A stretch of DNA of 64,000 nucleotides from an uncultured Candidatus Saccharibacteria bacterium (GCA_964583485.1 CAZOVC010000001.1:347-64346); one strand, 5' to 3'; shown: positions 1 through 9,055, counted from the first letter of the stretch. The notes: generated by a model from the letters alone, not told the origin. Numbers and translations are program-made.

Positions 1-1
1 G

Positions 2-1675
2 GAAAGTTCTCTTACAGAATCATTAATAACCCTTGGCGTAGATTCAAAAAAATTAAAAACAATAGAAATTAAAGCAGAACCAGAAGGAGGAGTTTGGATT
101 TGGCTCACGCCTATTTTAATGTTTGGACTGCCTGTTTTAATTTTTGTATTCTTCTTTTTTATGATCTTCCGTCAGGCCAAAGCTGGGGCCGGTCAAGCTT
201 TTAGCTTTACTAAAACCAGAGCCCGCTTATTTGGAGCTGAAGGCCATCCCAAAGAAAAAATCAGCTTTAAAGATGTTGCTGGATTAAAAGAAGCAAAAGA
301 AGAATTAAAAGAAATTGTTGACTTTTTAAAAAATCCCAAAAAGTATTTAAAAATGGGGGCCAGAATTCCACGAGGAGTTCTATTGGTGGGTCCGGCTGGC
401 TGTGGAAAAACATTGCTCGCGCGCGCTGTGGCCGGCGAGAGCAATGTTCCATTCTTTTCAGTTTCTGGCTCAGAATTCGTGGAAATGTTCGTAGGCGTAG
501 GGAGCTCGCGGGTCCGGGATCTCTTTTCTTCTGCTAAGAAAGCCGGGACTTCAATTATCTTTATTGACGAACTTGATGCTATTGGCAGACACAGAGGAGC
601 TGGAATCGGAGGAGGACACGATGAAAGAGAACAAACCCTGAACCAGATCTTAGTAGAAATGGATGGATTTGAAAGAAATACAAGCACGATCGTTATCTCA
701 GCTACGAATCGACCGGATATTTTAGACCCAGCTCTTTTAAGACCTGGGAGATTTGATAGGAAAGTGGTGTTAGATATGCCTGATATTAACGGCAGAAAAA
801 ACATCTTAAAAATTCACTGCAAAGGAAAACCATTGGCTTTAGACGTAAACTTAAGAGAAATTGCTGAAAGAACTCCTGGTTTCTCTGGCGCAGATATAGC
901 TAATCTTGTTAATGAAGCGGCAATTTTAGCTGCTAAAAGGAATAAAACACAGGTTTATCAGCAAGAACTTTTAGAATCAATTGAAAAAGTATTATTAGGC
1001 CCTGAAAGAAAAAGCCATATCTTATCTGTCAAAGAAAAAAAGATTGCCGCTTTTCACGAAGCAGGCCATGCTTTGATCTCTGCTTCTCTGCCTGAAACCG
1101 AACCAGTTAGAAAAATTTCAATTATTGCCAGAGGCATGGCTGCTGGATATACCTTAAAAATGCCGACTGAAGAAAGAAGAATTAAGACAAAAAGAGAATT
1201 CTTAGCTGAAATGGCAACTTTGCTTGGAGGATACTGCGCTGAAAGATTAAAATTCAAAGAAATTACTACTGGAGCATCAAATGATTTAAAAAGAGCTTCT
1301 GGCTTGGCTCGTAAATTAGTTAAAGAATACGGAATGTCCGCTTTAGGGCCAATTTCTTTTGGCGAAAAAGAAGAATTAGTTTTCTTAGGAAAAGAGATTT
1401 CAGAGCAAAGGAATTATTCTGAAAAAGTAGCTGCCAAGATTGACAAAGAAGTTGAGAAATTTATCAAAGCGGCTGAAAAAGAAGCATTAAAAATATTATT
1501 TAAAAAGAAAGCATTGCTTGAAAAAATCGCCCAAACCCTAATTGCTAAAGAAACCATTGAAAAAGAAGAGTTTGAAAGATTGATGAGAGGACCCGCCGTT
1601 GCTAAATCTATAAGTGGCAAAGCAAAAAAAACCAAGTTTCCTTCCTTGAAAATTAAAATGAAAGAGGTAAAGTAG
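2..1675 (+). CDS. ftsH: ATP-dependent zinc metalloprotease FtsH, 5' end cut by window edge
   Basis: Frame stays open from nt 2 upstream of the listed ATG at 119. Walker A GPAGCGKT, Walker B IIFIDELD, zinc site HEAGHA. Confidence 0.95.
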   Translation, partial: ESSLTESLITLGVDSKKLKTIEIKAEPEGGVWIWLTPILMFGLPVLIFVFFFFMIFRQAKAGAGQAFSFTKTRARLFGAEGHPKEKISFKDVAGLKEAKEELKEIVDFLKNPKKYLKMGARIPRGVLLVGPAGCGKTLLARAVAGESNVPFFSVSGSEFVEMFVGVGSSRVRDLFSSAKKAGTSIIFIDELDAIGRHRGAGIGGGHDEREQTLNQILVEMDGFERNTSTIVISATNRPDILDPALLRPGRFDRKVVLDMPDINGRKNILKIHCKGKPLALDVNLREIAERTPGFSGADIANLVNEAAILAAKRNKTQVYQQELLESIEKVLLGPERKSHILSVKEKKIAAFHEAGHALISASLPETEPVRKISIIARGMAAGYTLKMPTEERRIKTKREFLAEMATLLGGYCAERLKFKEITTGASNDLKRASGLARKLVKEYGMSALGPISFGEKEELVFLGKEISEQRNYSEKVAAKIDKEVEKFIKAAEKEALKILFKKKALLEKIAQTLIAKETIEKEEFERLMRGPAVAKSISGKAKKTKFPSLKIKMKEVK

Positions 1676-1682
1676 CAAATAT

Positions 1683-1757
1683 GCGCGCGTAGCTCAATGG
1701 CGGAGCAAGGTCCTTATAAGGCCGAGGTTGATGGTTCGAATCCATCCGCGCGCACCA
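1683..1757 (+). tRNA. tRNA with anticodon UAU (Ile, AUA-reading), CCA encoded
   Basis: Manual cloverleaf: acceptor GCGCGCG/CGCGCGC, T arm GATGG-TTCGAAT-CCATC, anticodon loop CTTATAA. The anticodon stem has one A-G mismatch. Confidence 0.7.
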
Positions 1758-1758
1758 A

Positions 1759-1831
1759 GGGCGGTTGGCGCAATGGTTAGCGCGTTTCGGTGACATCGAA
1801 AAGGTTACTGGTTCGAGTCCAGTACCGCCCA
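1759..1831 (+). tRNA. tRNA-Val(GAC)
   Basis: Acceptor GGGCGGT/ACCGCCC, T arm ACTGG-TTCGAGT-CCAGT, anticodon stem TTTCG/CGAAA with loop GTGACAT. No encoded CCA. Confidence 0.85.
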
Positions 1832-1832
1832 C

Positions 1833-2474
1833 ATGGAGATAAAAATAATCTATGAAGATGATGATATTTTGGCAGTTGATAAACCAGCAGGGATTGTAGT
1901 TGCTGACATATATCCTGACTTGAGCAAAGTTCACAGATTAGACAAAGACACTTCCGGAATTCTTCTAATCGCAAAAAATGAAAAGGCCTTGATTTTTTTG
2001 CAAAAACAGTTTAAACAGAGGAGTGTAGAAAAGAAATACATTGCTTTGGTAGTCGGAAATATTAAAAATAATCAAGGAAGAATTGAAACTTTAATCGGCC
2101 GGTCAAAAAAGCAGGGCGCAAAGCAGAAAGTTTATTTAATAACCGAACCAGACGCAAAAGGAAAAAGAGAGGCAATTACTGAGTATAAAGTATTGGAGAG
2201 ATTTAAAGATTATACTTTGCTGAAAGTTTTTCCAAAAACAGGAAGAATGCATCAAATCAGATGTCATTTCTCTTATCTTAGTCATCCAATTGCTGGAGAT
2301 AAAAAATATGGATTTAAGAATCAGTCCTGTCCAAAAGGATTAAAGCGTCAATTTTTGCACGCCAGTTATATTAAAATAAAATTACCTAACGGCAAATATA
2401 AAGGGTTAAGCTCCGAATTAGCCAAAGATTTAAAAATATGTTTAGCCAACTTAAAAAAGAACTTCCAGATATAA
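1833..2474 (+). CDS. RluA-family pseudouridine synthase
   Basis: Catalytic motif [12 protein letters not shown] and conserved HQIRCH. The ATG lies 1 nt after the tRNA-Val end. Confidence 0.85.
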   Translation: MEIKIIYEDDDILAVDKPAGIVVADIYPDLSKVHRLDKDTSGILLIAKNEKALIFLQKQFKQRSVEKKYIALVVGNIKNNQGRIETLIGRSKKQGAKQKVYLITEPDAKGKREAITEYKVLERFKDYTLLKVFPKTGRMHQIRCHFSYLSHPIAGDKKYGFKNQSCPKGLKRQFLHASYIKIKLPNGKYKGLSSELAKDLKICLANLKKNFQI

Positions 2475-2758
2475 AACCTGGTGATACTATCCAGGTGTAT
2501 CAAAAAATCAAAGAAAAAGATAAAGAACGACTCCAGACATTTGAAGGCGTAGTTTTAGCTAGAAAACACGGTAAAGGGATTTCCGCTACTATAACAATAA
2601 GAAAAGTGGTTTCCGGAGTTGGGGTAGAAAAGATTTTTCCTGTTCATTCTCCTGCTATTGAAAAAATAGAGGTTTTAAAAAAAGGAAGAGCTAGAAGGGC
2701 AAAACTTTATTATTTAAGAACAGCAAAGGGCAAAAAAGCAAAATTAAAGCCCAGGTGA
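2438..2758 (+). CDS. rplS: 50S ribosomal protein L19
   Basis: Typical L19 sequence [14 protein letters not shown]...[14 protein letters not shown]...[13 protein letters not shown]. Confidence 0.9.
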   Translation: MFSQLKKELPDIKPGDTIQVYQKIKEKDKERLQTFEGVVLARKHGKGISATITIRKVVSGVGVEKIFPVHSPAIEKIEVLKKGRARRAKLYYLRTAKGKKAKLKPR

Positions 2759-2834
2759 TGGAATTAGTATACATACATGGTTGAGGGCCATGGCTCGTAA
2801 GAGCGTGCGGGTGCGAATCCCGCCCTGGGCACCA
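2749..2834 (+). tRNA. tRNA-Leu(GAG), type II with long variable arm, CCA encoded
   Basis: Acceptor GCCCAGG/CCTGGGC, anticodon stem CATGG/CCATG with loop TTGAGGG, variable arm GCTC-GTAA-GAGC, T arm GCGGG-TGCGAAT-CCCGC. The 5' end overlaps the last 10 nt of rplS. Confidence 0.8.
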
Positions 2835-2837
2835 TGT

Positions 2838-2913
2838 GGGCGGTTAGCTCAATTGGCAGAGCATTTGTTTTACATACAAAAGGCTATAGGTTCAAGTCCT
2901 ATACCGCCCACCA
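2838..2913 (+). tRNA. tRNA-Val(UAC), CCA encoded
   Basis: Acceptor GGGCGGT/ACCGCCC, anticodon stem TTTGT/ACAAA with loop TTTACAT, T arm ATAGG-TTCAAGT-CCTAT. Confidence 0.85.
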
Positions 2914-2914
2914 T

Positions 2915-2986
2915 GCCGAAGTAGCTCAGTGGTAGAGCACTTCTCTGAAAAAGAAGGGGGCGTGAGTTCAATTCTCACCTTCGGCA
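2915..2986 (+). tRNA. tRNA-Phe(GAA)
   Basis: Acceptor GCCGAAG/CTTCGGC, anticodon stem CTTCT/AGAAG with loop CTGAAAA, T arm GTGAG-TTCAATT-CTCAC. Confidence 0.85.
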
Positions 2987-2995
2987 CAAAAAATT

Positions 2996-3070
2996 GCGGG
3001 AGTAGCTTAGTGGTAGAGCGTCTCGTTGCCAACGAGAAGATCGCGGGTTCAATCCCCGTCTCCCGCTCCA
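2996..3070 (+). tRNA. tRNA-Gly(GCC), CCA encoded
   Basis: Acceptor GCGGGAG/CTCCCGC, anticodon stem TCTCG/CGAGA with loop TTGCCAA, T arm GCGGG-TTCAATC-CCCGT. Confidence 0.85.
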
Positions 3071-3103
3071 CAAACCCTTGACAAGCCCTGTAGATAAGCT
3101 AAT

Positions 3104-3628
3104 ATGATAAAATCCCGCTTAGCGGGATTTAAAATGAATATTATTGTAGAAAAAGAAGACCCCTACTTATGGGCCAAAAAAATCTCGGTTATTTTAATAA
3201 TTTCTGGATATATAACCAGCGGCTTATTTTTCGGTATTCAAGTTTCATCTGAACCAGTTCCTGTTTTAGAATTAGCTTCAATTCAAGAAAACAGCTTCTT
3301 GCCAATATCTAATCCTGAATCTCCAATTAAAACCAAGAAAGTAAAAGTAATAGTTACCGCTTATTCCAGCACTACTTGCCAAACAGACGATACTCCATTT
3401 ATAACTGCTTCAGGAAAAACAGTTGAACAAGGAATTGTGGCAAACAATCTCTTGCCCTTTGGAACAGAAATTAGAATACCAGAATTATACGGCGATGAGA
3501 TTTTTGTGGTTGAAGACAGAATGAACCAGAAAAAAGGCTATTATCATGTTGATATTTGGTTTGCTGATTATGAACAAGCAAAAAACTTTGGAGCAACAAC
3601 AACATATATTGAGATTTTAGAGAGTTAA
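3104..3628 (+). CDS. 3D-domain (MltA/YuiC-like) cell-wall-associated protein with N-terminal TM segment
   Basis: C-terminal VTAYSS..CQTDDTPFITASG...GTEIRIPELYGD..FVVEDRM...HVDIWF resembles the 3D domain. The start could be the ATG at 3134. Confidence 0.65.
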   Translation: MIKSRLAGFKMNIIVEKEDPYLWAKKISVILIISGYITSGLFFGIQVSSEPVPVLELASIQENSFLPISNPESPIKTKKVKVIVTAYSSTTCQTDDTPFITASGKTVEQGIVANNLLPFGTEIRIPELYGDEIFVVEDRMNQKKGYYHVDIWFADYEQAKNFGATTTYIEILES

Positions 3629-3642
3629 ATAAAATATTAAAA

Positions 3643-3668
3643 ACCCCCGCCTTGGCGGGGGTTTTTTC
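3643..3668 (+). terminator. Rho-independent terminator
   Basis: ACCCCCGCC-TTG-GCGGGGGT hairpin followed by a T6 run. Confidence 0.8.
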
Positions 3669-3692
3669 TTGGACAGCCGATTTTTGAAGATT

Positions 3693-3914
3693 TTAAGATT
3701 CAAATTCCTCTCTTGGTTTTTCGGTCTGTTTAATAATATATTGAATGACAAAAATTGTTACTTCGCGATGATGAGGAACCCAGGTGGTCAAAATTCTTCC
3801 ATTTCCGATAGTTTTCTTGAAAGTAATATGTTTAGCTGATCTAACTCGCTTAAAGCCATTATTTTCAAGAATTCGTATTACTTTATTTTGAAGTAACGGC
3901 TTAAGTTTTCCCAT
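3693..3914 (-). CDS. hicA: HicA-like toxin (type II TA)
   Basis: Small basic protein (VIRILENNGFKRVRSAKHITFKK...WVPHHREV) overlapping its upstream partner by 14 nt. Confidence 0.65.
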   Translation of the reverse strand: MGKLKPLLQNKVIRILENNGFKRVRSAKHITFKKTIGNGRILTTWVPHHREVTIFVIQYIIKQTEKPREEFES

Positions 3915-4158
3915 ATAAAAGTTCTCTTGAGACTAATACAGAAATATAATTTAAAGACGAAGAAGGAATCTTCTTCAATTGAGCTTTGGGGGTATCTGGA
4001 TCTTTTAAATATTCTTTAATTAAATCTTTTATATTATCTTTAACCTCTTCTTCTGTTTTTCCTTGGGTGGCAATATCCAAAATCGGGCATTCGGCAACAA
4101 ACCACTTACCTTCTTTTGTAATAAAAACTGGAAATGGAAATTGAATTAATTTTCTCAT
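3901..4158 (-). CDS. hicB: HicB-like antitoxin
   Basis: FPVFITKEGKWFVAECPILDIATQGKTEEEVKDNIKDLIKEYL is typical of the HicB/UPF0150 fold. Operon with hicA. Confidence 0.7.
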   Translation of the reverse strand: MRKLIQFPFPVFITKEGKWFVAECPILDIATQGKTEEEVKDNIKDLIKEYLKDPDTPKAQLKKIPSSSLNYISVLVSRELLYGKT

Positions 4159-4198
4159 ATATTTTATTATATCTTATTAAAATCTTTAGTCAAACTTG

Positions 4199-4282
4199 TG
4201 CCCAGGGTGGGACTCGAACCCACACGGGATTTCTCCCACTTGATTTTAAGTCAAGCTTGGTTACCAATTACAACACCTAGGC
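4199..4282 (-). tRNA. tRNA-Leu(UAA), type II
   Basis: Reverse complement: acceptor GCCTAGG/CCTGGGC, anticodon stem CTTGA/TCAAG with loop CTTAAAA, long variable arm, T arm GTGGG-TTCGAGT-CCCAC. Confidence 0.85.
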
Positions 4283-4289
4283 AAATCTT

Positions 4290-4361
4290 AGACACGGGTG
4301 GGAATCGAACCCACGTATATTGGTTTTGCAAACCAATGCCTTGCCATTTGGCTACCGTGTC
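4290..4361 (-). tRNA. tRNA-Cys(GCA)
   Basis: Reverse complement: acceptor GACACGG/CCGTGTC, anticodon stem TTGGT/ACCAA with loop TTGCAAA, T arm GTGGG-TTCGATT-CCCAC. Confidence 0.85.
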
Positions 4362-4401
4362 ACATTGTATCTATAATAGCAAATTTCTTGGTAAAAATCA
4401 A

Positions 4402-4743
4402 TTATTTTTCTTTTTTCAACTTTTCTAAAAGCTCCTCAATTTTTGCCGCTTCTTCAGTTTTTTCTTCTTTTTTAAACTCTATCCTGGGAATTGGCCTCAT
4501 TCTTAAGCGCCTATTTAAAACTTGCTGAATATTATAAATTCTTCTATTCAAAATCTTAAAAACCTTATCAATCTGCTCATCTGGCATCACTGAAACATAT
4601 GTTTTTGCCTCTTTTAAATTCGGCGAACTCTCTACGCGAGTAATAGTCACTAAAACTCCCTGGGGGAAATCAACATCCCGCAGAAGAATCTTTCCTAACT
4701 CATTTTTAATTAAAGCATTAACGCGCTGGATACGATTAGACAT
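4402..4743 (-). CDS. rbfA: Ribosome-binding factor A
   Basis: RVNALIKNELGKILL...VTITRVESSPNLKEAKTYVSV. Start taken at MSNRIQ (4743), right after the infB stop. Confidence 0.9.
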   Translation of the reverse strand: MSNRIQRVNALIKNELGKILLRDVDFPQGVLVTITRVESSPNLKEAKTYVSVMPDEQIDKVFKILNRRIYNIQQVLNRRLRMRPIPRIEFKKEEKTEEAAKIEELLEKLKKEK

Positions 4744-4744
4744 A

Positions 4745-6235
4745 TCACAATTCTCCTTTTTTGCTTTCTTTAACATAAACATGGAGAATGTCTCCCTCTT
4801 CTATTTTCGTGTCTCCTTGATAAAGTATTCCGCATTCTGCTCCTTTTCCAACCTCTCCAATTTCTTTCTTTTCTTTCTGGAGTTTTGTAATTTTCCCTTG
4901 ACCTACTTTTTCCTCCTTTCGATAAACCTCTATTGAAGCTCCTTTCTTCGCCTCGCCGTCAATCACTTTTCCGCCAATAATCTGACGGTTTTTCTCTGTT
5001 AAGAAAATCTCTAAAACTTTAACTTTCCCTAAATCATTTCTCACTATTTCAGACGAAACCCTTTTTTCTAAAAGATCTCTAACTCCCTGAGCCAGTTCAT
5101 AAATCACCTCAAAACAGATTATCTTTATTTTTTCTCTTTCAGTAAAACTTTGAGCAATTGGATCTGTTTTTACTCGAAAACCAATAATTTTAGACTTGCT
5201 TCCTATAGCCAGCTTTACATCTGATTCATTTATTTCTCCAACTTCTGCTTTCAAAATCTTCAAAACAATTTTTTCTTGAGGAAGTTCTTTTAAAACTTCT
5301 TCAATTGCTTCTAAAGAACCCAAAACATCAACTTTCAAGATTATATTTAAAATCTTCTGGTCGGATTCAATAACAGGCGCTTCCGGAGCTTGCTTAAAAG
5401 AGCTCTTCATTTCTTCTTTAGCTGCCTCAATATTAATAAAAGCTTTTAATATTTCTCCGACCCCAGGCACACCTTCAAGCCCTAATACAACAACTGGCAT
5501 TGACGGCAAAGCTTTTTTAATAGCTTTGCCTTGGAAATCCTCCATAATTCTAATCTTGCCAACTACAGAAGATGTTCCTAATATATCACCTTTTTCCAAA
5601 GTTCCATTTTGCAAAATTAAAGTAGCTGTTGGTCCTCGCTGAGAATCTAAATATGATTCAACTACCACTCCTTCAGCTGGCTTAGAAACGTCTGCTTTAA
5701 AATCCTCCATTTCAGCCACTAATAAAATTAATTCTAAAAGCTCGGGAATTCCCCTGCCTGTTTCTGCTGACGTTTCTACTGAAGGAATCTTCCCTCCCAT
5801 TGATTCAACCGAAATATCTTGGATTAATAATTCTCTTTTAACCTTTTCCGGATCAGCTCCCGGCTTATCCATTTTATTAATAGCTGCAATCATAGGAATT
5901 TGAGTTTTCTTAATAAGGGAAATTGCTTCTTTGGTTTGGGGCTTTATTCCTTCCTCAGCAGCTATTACCAAAACTGCGATATCAGCTACTCTTGCTCCTC
6001 TGGAACGCATAGCTGAAAACGCTTCATGTCCAGGAGTATCAATAAAAGTAATTTTCTTTCCCTGATGTTCAACTTCATAAGCCCCAATATGCTGGGTGAT
6101 TCCTCCTGATTCTTTCTCTGTAATCTTCAAATCCTTAATTTTTTCCAAAATAGAACTTTTGCCATGGTCAACATGGCCCAAAACAACCACCACCGGCGGA
6201 CGAGATATTAAGTTTTTATCTTTTTCTTTAGTCAT
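4745..6235 (-). CDS. infB: Translation initiation factor IF-2 (short form, no long N-terminal extension)
   Basis: G domain [20 protein letters not shown]. Start taken at MTKEKDK (6235). Confidence 0.95.
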   Translation of the reverse strand: MTKEKDKNLISRPPVVVVLGHVDHGKSSILEKIKDLKITEKESGGITQHIGAYEVEHQGKKITFIDTPGHEAFSAMRSRGARVADIAVLVIAAEEGIKPQTKEAISLIKKTQIPMIAAINKMDKPGADPEKVKRELLIQDISVESMGGKIPSVETSAETGRGIPELLELILLVAEMEDFKADVSKPAEGVVVESYLDSQRGPTATLILQNGTLEKGDILGTSSVVGKIRIMEDFQGKAIKKALPSMPVVVLGLEGVPGVGEILKAFINIEAAKEEMKSSFKQAPEAPVIESDQKILNIILKVDVLGSLEAIEEVLKELPQEKIVLKILKAEVGEINESDVKLAIGSKSKIIGFRVKTDPIAQSFTEREKIKIICFEVIYELAQGVRDLLEKRVSSEIVRNDLGKVKVLEIFLTEKNRQIIGGKVIDGEAKKGASIEVYRKEEKVGQGKITKLQKEKKEIGEVGKGAECGILYQGDTKIEEGDILHVYVKESKKGEL

Positions 6236-6566
6236 TTTTTGCTTTCTCAATAGCTTGTTTCTCTTCTTTAGATAAAGAATATTTTGAACCACTATTCTCT
6301 ATTGGTTTTCCATATACTCTATTTCCTTCTCTAGAATACAAACTGGTAATCACTACTCCATTATTATTTCCATCAAGCAGGGCAACTGAAAAACTCTGGT
6401 CGCCTCCAACCGCAGAAAAAGGATTATATCTAACTATTCCAACTTTCTGAATAGAAGTTTTACTGGTTTGAGAAATCTTTTCAACTTCTTTTTTCAGTTC
6501 CTCAAATTGTTTCAAAACCTTTTTCAAATCCTTTGGTTCTTTATCTTTTTTAAATAAATTAAACAT
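6228..6566 (-). CDS. DUF4446-like protein
   Basis: VRYNPFSAVGGDQSFSVALLDGNNNGVVITSLYSREGNRVYGKPI matches my memory of DUF4446. Start taken at MFNLFKK. Confidence 0.55.
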   Translation of the reverse strand: MFNLFKKDKEPKDLKKVLKQFEELKKEVEKISQTSKTSIQKVGIVRYNPFSAVGGDQSFSVALLDGNNNGVVITSLYSREGNRVYGKPIENSGSKYSLSKEEKQAIEKAKND

Positions 6567-6603
6567 ATTTATTATTCTAAACCAAAACCCTGTTTTATTC
6601 AAG

Positions 6604-6634
6604 AAAAAAGCCGAGGCCGGGCCTCGACTTTTTT
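6604..6634 (-). terminator. Bidirectional hairpin terminator, inferred ancestral terminator of tRNA-Ser
   Basis: A6-GTCGAGG-CCCGG-CCTCGGC-T6 on the minus strand. It abuts the attL core, so joining attL and attR places it directly after tRNA-Ser. Confidence 0.7.
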
Positions 6635-6644
6635 AATCTGGCGG
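6635..6644. repeat. attL core AATCTGGCGG
   Basis: Identical 10-mer at 14106-14115. The flanks diverge immediately on both sides. Confidence 0.65.
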
Positions 6645-6826
6645 GCTACCTCGGTCTAGAACTAAGAATTCAGGAACAAATTCAAGAATTTTAGCGATTC
6701 TCAGGACGAGGTGTCTCGGTCAGGTTTATTATAGCAAATTTAAGAAAAATAAATAGCTCTATAAATAAAAACAATGGGCTAAATAACTAATTTTAGCTCA
6801 AAAATATCAAAAAACACTTAATAATA

Positions 6827-6855
6827 TTGACAAGTATAGCAAAGTATGCTATACT
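6827..6855 (+). promoter_or_regulatory. Sigma70-type promoter for the DGR target gene
   Basis: TTGACA (6827-6832), 17-nt spacer, TATACT (6850-6855). Strong RBS AAGGAGGT at 6950-6957 before the ATG at 6963. Confidence 0.55.
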
Positions 6856-6962
6856 TATTTGATATACTACAGAATTGTGGTAGTATGTCTTGAAGCTTAA
6901 AAACTGAAAAAATCGGATAATTTACGTAAACGCAAACCCAAATCCAGTAAGGAGGTATCGTC

Positions 6963-7694
6963 ATGACGAAGAAAGAGTTGTGTAAAGACCAGCGTGAAGG
7001 TCTGATTGCCAAGCTGACAGCCTTTTTCAAAGGATTGGAAGTTGAGGTAATCGATGATGTGGTGGCAGAGGCCAAGAAACAGGCTACTGCCGAAACGGTT
7101 GAGGAACGAAAGAATGGACTGACCAAGTTGTTTGACAGCCAGATGGAAACCCTAAAGTCACGGGGTTGCCCACAGGCCATTCTGGAAGCATTCCAGAACC
7201 TGCGTGATGCAGTGCTGTCAAAAGCAGCTGAGATGGAGATTCCCAAAGGGCACATTCCATTCGTGCCGGTGATTCCGCGAATCTATATGGGTGTCTACGG
7301 ACTCATGCCCATGGTTCGTAACGGTGAGAAGGTGGGCTACACCTACCTCGATCCGAACGAGATCACCGACCAAGTGGAAACCCCGAAGAATCCGTATTTC
7401 ATCTACGACGTGGAAAACGGCAAAGACATGCTCGGTAAGTCGCCCGAAAAGGCAGAGAAGCTCATCACAGAGCAGAAACGATCCTGTCTGACGGCTGACG
7501 AGGGTATCGCCGTATGCATTCACACTAACGTGCTCTCAGAGCACTATGTGGACTGCACGGGTTCCCGCTACCGGCACGTCGGCCTTGTGCCGGATGTCTA
7601 CCTCAGCCCCGGCGGCGAGCCGAGGCTCGACTGGAGCAACTTCGGCCTCTCGCATGGCGGGTGGGGTTCCGCTTCCTGCCGTAGTCGGTCCTAG
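6963..7694 (+). CDS. DGR target (variable) protein, no recognisable family, VR at the extreme C-terminus
   Basis: The ORF has a strong RBS. Its last ~42 codons are the VR matching the TR. No N-terminal signal or TM segment is visible. Confidence 0.85.
   Translation: MTKKELCKDQREGLIAKLTAFFKGLEVEVIDDVVAEAKKQATAETVEERKNGLTKLFDSQMETLKSRGCPQAILEAFQNLRDAVLSKAAEMEIPKGHIPFVPVIPRIYMGVYGLMPMVRNGEKVGYTYLDPNEITDQVETPKNPYFIYDVENGKDMLGKSPEKAEKLITEQKRSCLTADEGIAVCIHTNVLSEHYVDCTGSRYRHVGLVPDVYLSPGGEPRLDWSNFGLSHGGWGSASCRSRS
7560..7684 (+). repeat. DGR variable region (VR)
   Basis: Aligns to the reverse complement of 9461-9582 with 20 substitutions, all at TR adenines, plus a 3-nt insertion. Confidence 0.9.
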
Positions 7695-7854
7695 GAATTT
7701 GGAACTTTGGACCTTTTGATTTTTTGTTCCTTGTTTCCGCCGAAGGCGGTCGCTACAATTTTTTGCACTAAACGTGCGATCAAAGGGTAGGTCAGAAATG
7801 ATCTACCCTTCTTTATTTCTTTATTTTTACAAGGTTTTATAGTATACTAAAAGT

Positions 7855-8002
7855 GCTGCCTACATTGACTGGGAATACTCCCAACGGGCCGCTGTCTTTT
7901 TAGTCCAATTGTGGACTGAAAGGGGCAGCCGGTCCTCCACAATTGGAGCCCTTTGGGGTTTCAGTCAATGTGGGCAGCAGGTCTCGGCTGTCCCTTTTTT
8001 TT
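7855..8002 (+). ncRNA. Candidate structured RNA (~150 nt) between the DGR target and the RT 3' end
   Basis: A 17-bp closing helix (7855-7871 with 7962-7978) encloses three tetraloop hairpins. Terminator GGGCAGC..GCTGTCCC plus T8 at 7972-8002, and a TATACT box at 7843-7848. Confidence 0.4.
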
Positions 8003-8005
8003 ATT

Positions 8006-9055
8006 TCAATTTTCTTTAAGCCACTCCCACATCTTATGCCGTATTTCTTGTTCAAGTTTATTGCTATTTGCGTGGCTTAACACCCCGAGATATGAATTAA
8101 AAGTTTGCATTAGGGCATGCTCATCGATTTTACCTTTCTTGTATTCTTTGACTCTCTGTTTTAGCTTCCTAAAAATCCTTTGCTTGGTTTTAGTTCTTAA
8201 TATAATTACTTTAGGTAAAATAACATATCCTAAATAGTCAACTCCCTGGCAATATTTACGGATAGTTACTTTGCCTGGGTGTAAACGAATTTTAAGTTCT
8301 TTCTTGAGAAAAATCTCAATTTTAAGCAATATATCAGCCAAATAATTTGCATCATAATGAACAACAATAAAATCATCAGCATAACGGATATAATTTGTTG
8401 CTTTCAATTTCTGTTTTATGAACTGATCCATTTCATTCATATAAATGTTAACCAGAATTTGAGAAGTTAAATTACCAATTGGAACGCCTTTCTTATCTCT
8501 TTTTGTAGTAAATTCAGACTCAAAACTTTTGATAACTTGCTTAATCAACCATAATGCGTCTTTGTCCTTAATCCGTTTAGAGATAATTTTAATTAATACT
8601 TTATGATCGATGGTTGGAAAAAATTTCTTTATGTCACATTTCAAAACAAAGCACTTACCATTGGTTTGATAAACGCTTCTCAACATCTGACTTAATTGTA
8701 TTACCGCTTTGTGGGTGCCTTTATCTTTTCGAGAAGAATAAGAGGCAAAAATAAAGGTCGGATTAAAAATTGGATAAAGTATTCGATGAATAGCATGATG
8801 CATGATTCTATCTCGAACCTCGGCTTTGTGAATATGCCTTTTCTTTGGATCATTGATATAAAAACCAATATACTTACCATGTTTATATCTTTTGCTTTTT
8901 AGTTCTTGGTGCAATGCAAATAGATTGTCCTCAAGATTAATCTCAAATTTCTGAACATCGTTTTTACACCGTTTACCATTTTTAAATTCATCCCAAGCTA
9001 AAAGCAGATTTTCCATTGAAATAATATCATTAAATACTTTTTTATAAATCTTCAT
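8006..9055 (-). CDS. DGR reverse transcriptase
   Basis: Motif IGNLTSQ (DGR-type IGxxxSQ) and catalytic YADDFIV. About 350 aa with no maturase or endonuclease domain. Start taken at MKIYKK (9055). Confidence 0.9.
   Translation of the reverse strand: MKIYKKVFNDIISMENLLLAWDEFKNGKRCKNDVQKFEINLEDNLFALHQELKSKRYKHGKYIGFYINDPKKRHIHKAEVRDRIMHHAIHRILYPIFNPTFIFASYSSRKDKGTHKAVIQLSQMLRSVYQTNGKCFVLKCDIKKFFPTIDHKVLIKIISKRIKDKDALWLIKQVIKSFESEFTTKRDKKGVPIGNLTSQILVNIYMNEMDQFIKQKLKATNYIRYADDFIVVHYDANYLADILLKIEIFLKKELKIRLHPGKVTIRKYCQGVDYLGYVILPKVIILRTKTKQRIFRKLKQRVKEYKKGKIDEHALMQTFNSYLGVLSHANSNKLEQEIRHKMWEWLKEN

Noticed and set aside
193-804. 203-aa minus-strand ORF and other antisense ORFs inside ftsH (267-452, 1054-1257, 1414-1635)
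   Set aside because: They lie entirely antisense to a confidently identified, motif-rich FtsH gene. They are low-complexity translations with no RBS context.
1653-1974. ORFs 1653-1934 and 1777-1974 (minus) and 4198-4528 (plus)
   Set aside because: They run through tRNA genes. Peptides such as GTGLEPV / VGLEPTR are the typical translation of tRNA T arms.
2756-2758. Alternative genetic code (UGA recoding as in some CPR lineages)
   Set aside because: TGA terminates conserved genes at the expected position (rplS, infB, the DGR RT, rnpA), so code 11 applies. The single in-frame TAG at 40339 is reported separately.
6650-6720. Weak similarity between 6650-6720 and 9770-9830 (AATTCAGG ... AGCGATT)
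   Set aside because: Only short scattered matches in AT-rich sequence. Not convincing as repeats or element ends.
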